From a virus (Duplodnaviria; Heunggongvirae; Uroviricota; Caudoviricetes), in the IMG/VR virus record IMGVR_UViG_3300011727_000001, positions 19,900 through 83,899 of that record: 64,000 nucleotides of DNA. One strand, written 5' to 3'. The position numbers and the translations under genes were made by a program. This document shows positions 63,156 through 64,000 of the stretch, piece after piece. The notes below the pieces were generated by a model. The model had not been told where the DNA came from, ran no database searches, and saw only the letters and a list, made by a program, of their open reading frames with translations. How positions within the stretch are numbered: the stretch's first letter is position 1; every line of letters starts with the position of its first letter.

Positions 63156-63226
63156 TCCCGCTCCGTCATGCTAAAATCTAATGTATAGCAATAAAGGAGC
63201 TGAAAATTCAGGGAAATGGATTTTCC

Positions 63227-63439
63227 TTATTCGGATAGCTCAGCGAGAACTTCCACTTCACCAGCTTTTAATTCGCGATTTGGCAGGTCTTTAATCGCTT
63301 CCGACCATTCAAGCTGATCATAGGGGGTTTGAAGCGCAAGTGATCGCGCTTCTTCTTCCGTGACAGCTTCAACATTGACCGTGGCGCGCTGCACCTGTTC
63401 GACACGCCGGATCAGGACGACCTCGTAGAGTTTCTTCAT
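63227..63439 (-). CDS. Hypothetical protein
   Basis: 70 aa. Confidence 0.3.
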   Translation of the reverse strand: MKKLYEVVLIRRVEQVQRATVNVEAVTEEEARSLALQTPYDQLEWSEAIKDLPNRELKAGEVEVLAELSE

Positions 63440-64000
63440 GCGGCGTCCTTTTCTTCCGGATCGTCAGTAGAAATATCTACCTCAGCAACAACCGGCGGTG
63501 TGTATTCTGGAGGAAGCAGTTTAACGAGACTGGCAAAACCTGTATCGCCTTCCTCTTCGATCAAACGAGCCAGAGCTTCACGGCTGACCTGCTTACCAGC
63601 CCAAAGAACGTGTCCCTTTTTAACCGACTTCTCTTCACCTTTTTCATTGGTGTATTTTGTGCCTTCGCCGTCGAGAAGATTTTGATCATTCAAAAACTCG
63701 ACCAGTGAGCGCTCACGGTCAAAACGACCTGTTCCGTCTTGCTGGAACATGAACCGCCATTTTGCAGTCTGAAACGGACGGTTGACTTTGTTCTTACGGA
63801 ACCCGCCGGTGACTTCCATACCGATAACATCAGTGCCGAGTTTGATTTGAGCGGCGGACAGCCAGAGACGTTGTGAGAAGTAAAACTCTGGAGCATCTCC
63901 ACCGGTAGTTTTGCGCGGATCGCCGAACATAACGCCAATCTTGTTACGCATCTGATTGAGGAAGATTGAGCACACGCCGTAATCTTCGGAGATCTGCGCA
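63436..64000 (-). CDS. recA: RecA-family recombinase, C-terminal part; gene continues beyond the window end
   Basis: [31 protein letters not shown] aligns with E. coli RecA [53 protein letters not shown] aligns with [22 protein letters not shown]. Confidence 0.75.
   Translation of the reverse strand, partial: [187 protein letters not shown]

Noticed and set aside
1-64000. Searched for integrase, excisionase, CI-like repressor and attachment sites to decide on prophage status, and for an endolysin
   Set aside because: None recognised in this window. Temperate or prophage status cannot be supported from these 64 kb. Lysis genes may lie outside the window or be unrecognisable.

Overview
The window reads as a contiguous stretch of a tailed dsDNA bacteriophage genome, or a prophage with lytic-phage gene content. 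The analysis used only sequence reading and the supplied ORF track. Nearly all genes lie on the minus strand and would be transcribed from coordinate 64000 towards 1.

Layout by position:
- 1-5.3 kb: head-morphogenesis block in canonical order (small terminase, large terminase, portal, scaffold, start of the major capsid gene running off the window).
- 5.4-9.6 kb: accessory cluster of a winged-helix protein, a GNAT acetyltransferase, a chain of four overlapping small membrane-peptide genes, a stand-alone ABC-type ATPase and two tandem ParB-like nuclease-domain proteins.
- 9.7-13.6 kb: a plus-strand module (SF2 helicase, P-loop dNMP-kinase-like protein, ParA/ParG-like partition pair with an upstream 15-bp inverted repeat).
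- 13.7-14.4 kb: an HslV/proteasome-like Ntn-hydrolase.
- 14.7-16.2 kb: a plus-strand AT-rich island of small genes with its own terminators.
- 16.2-18.7 kb: a gene-poor, repeat-rich region with about eleven CCATGG iterons, other direct and inverted repeats and a pyrimidine tract. I propose it as an origin or regulatory hub.
- 18.7-33 kb: about 15 kb of small early-type ORFs, including a (p)ppGpp-hydrolase-like HD protein, two paralogous AT-rich membrane proteins and an SPFH/band-7 protein with small transmembrane peptides.
- 33.2-35.7 kb: an NAD+ salvage pair (nicotinamide phosphoribosyltransferase and a bifunctional NMN adenylyltransferase/Nudix), followed by a 668-aa protein of unknown function.
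- 40-64 kb: a DNA and nucleotide-metabolism block (RNase H, DnaQ-like exonuclease, HNH endonuclease, HD phosphohydrolase, rIIB and rIIA homologues, P-loop kinase, dUTPase, ThyX, glutaredoxin, class I ribonucleotide reductase alpha and beta, RuvC-like resolvase, MazG-like protein, an SbcC/SbcD pair split by three inserted genes, an ASCH protein, and the C-terminal part of a RecA homologue running off the window).

A conserved ~25-30 bp near-palindromic motif (core TAAGTnATTACTTATT, usually followed by TTATAGC) occurs at least 26 times, each time immediately upstream of a ribosome-binding site and start codon, and in the orientation of the downstream gene. It is most likely a phage-specific promoter or operator. 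A second motif family (TTTAGCTAAATAGC-like) marks intergenic regions between 13.6 and 20.7 kb.

I found no rRNA genes, no convincing tRNA genes, no CRISPR array and no integrase or repressor.

Functional calls rest on motifs I could recognise by eye (Walker boxes, catalytic motifs, family signatures) and on synteny. All should be confirmed by profile searches.
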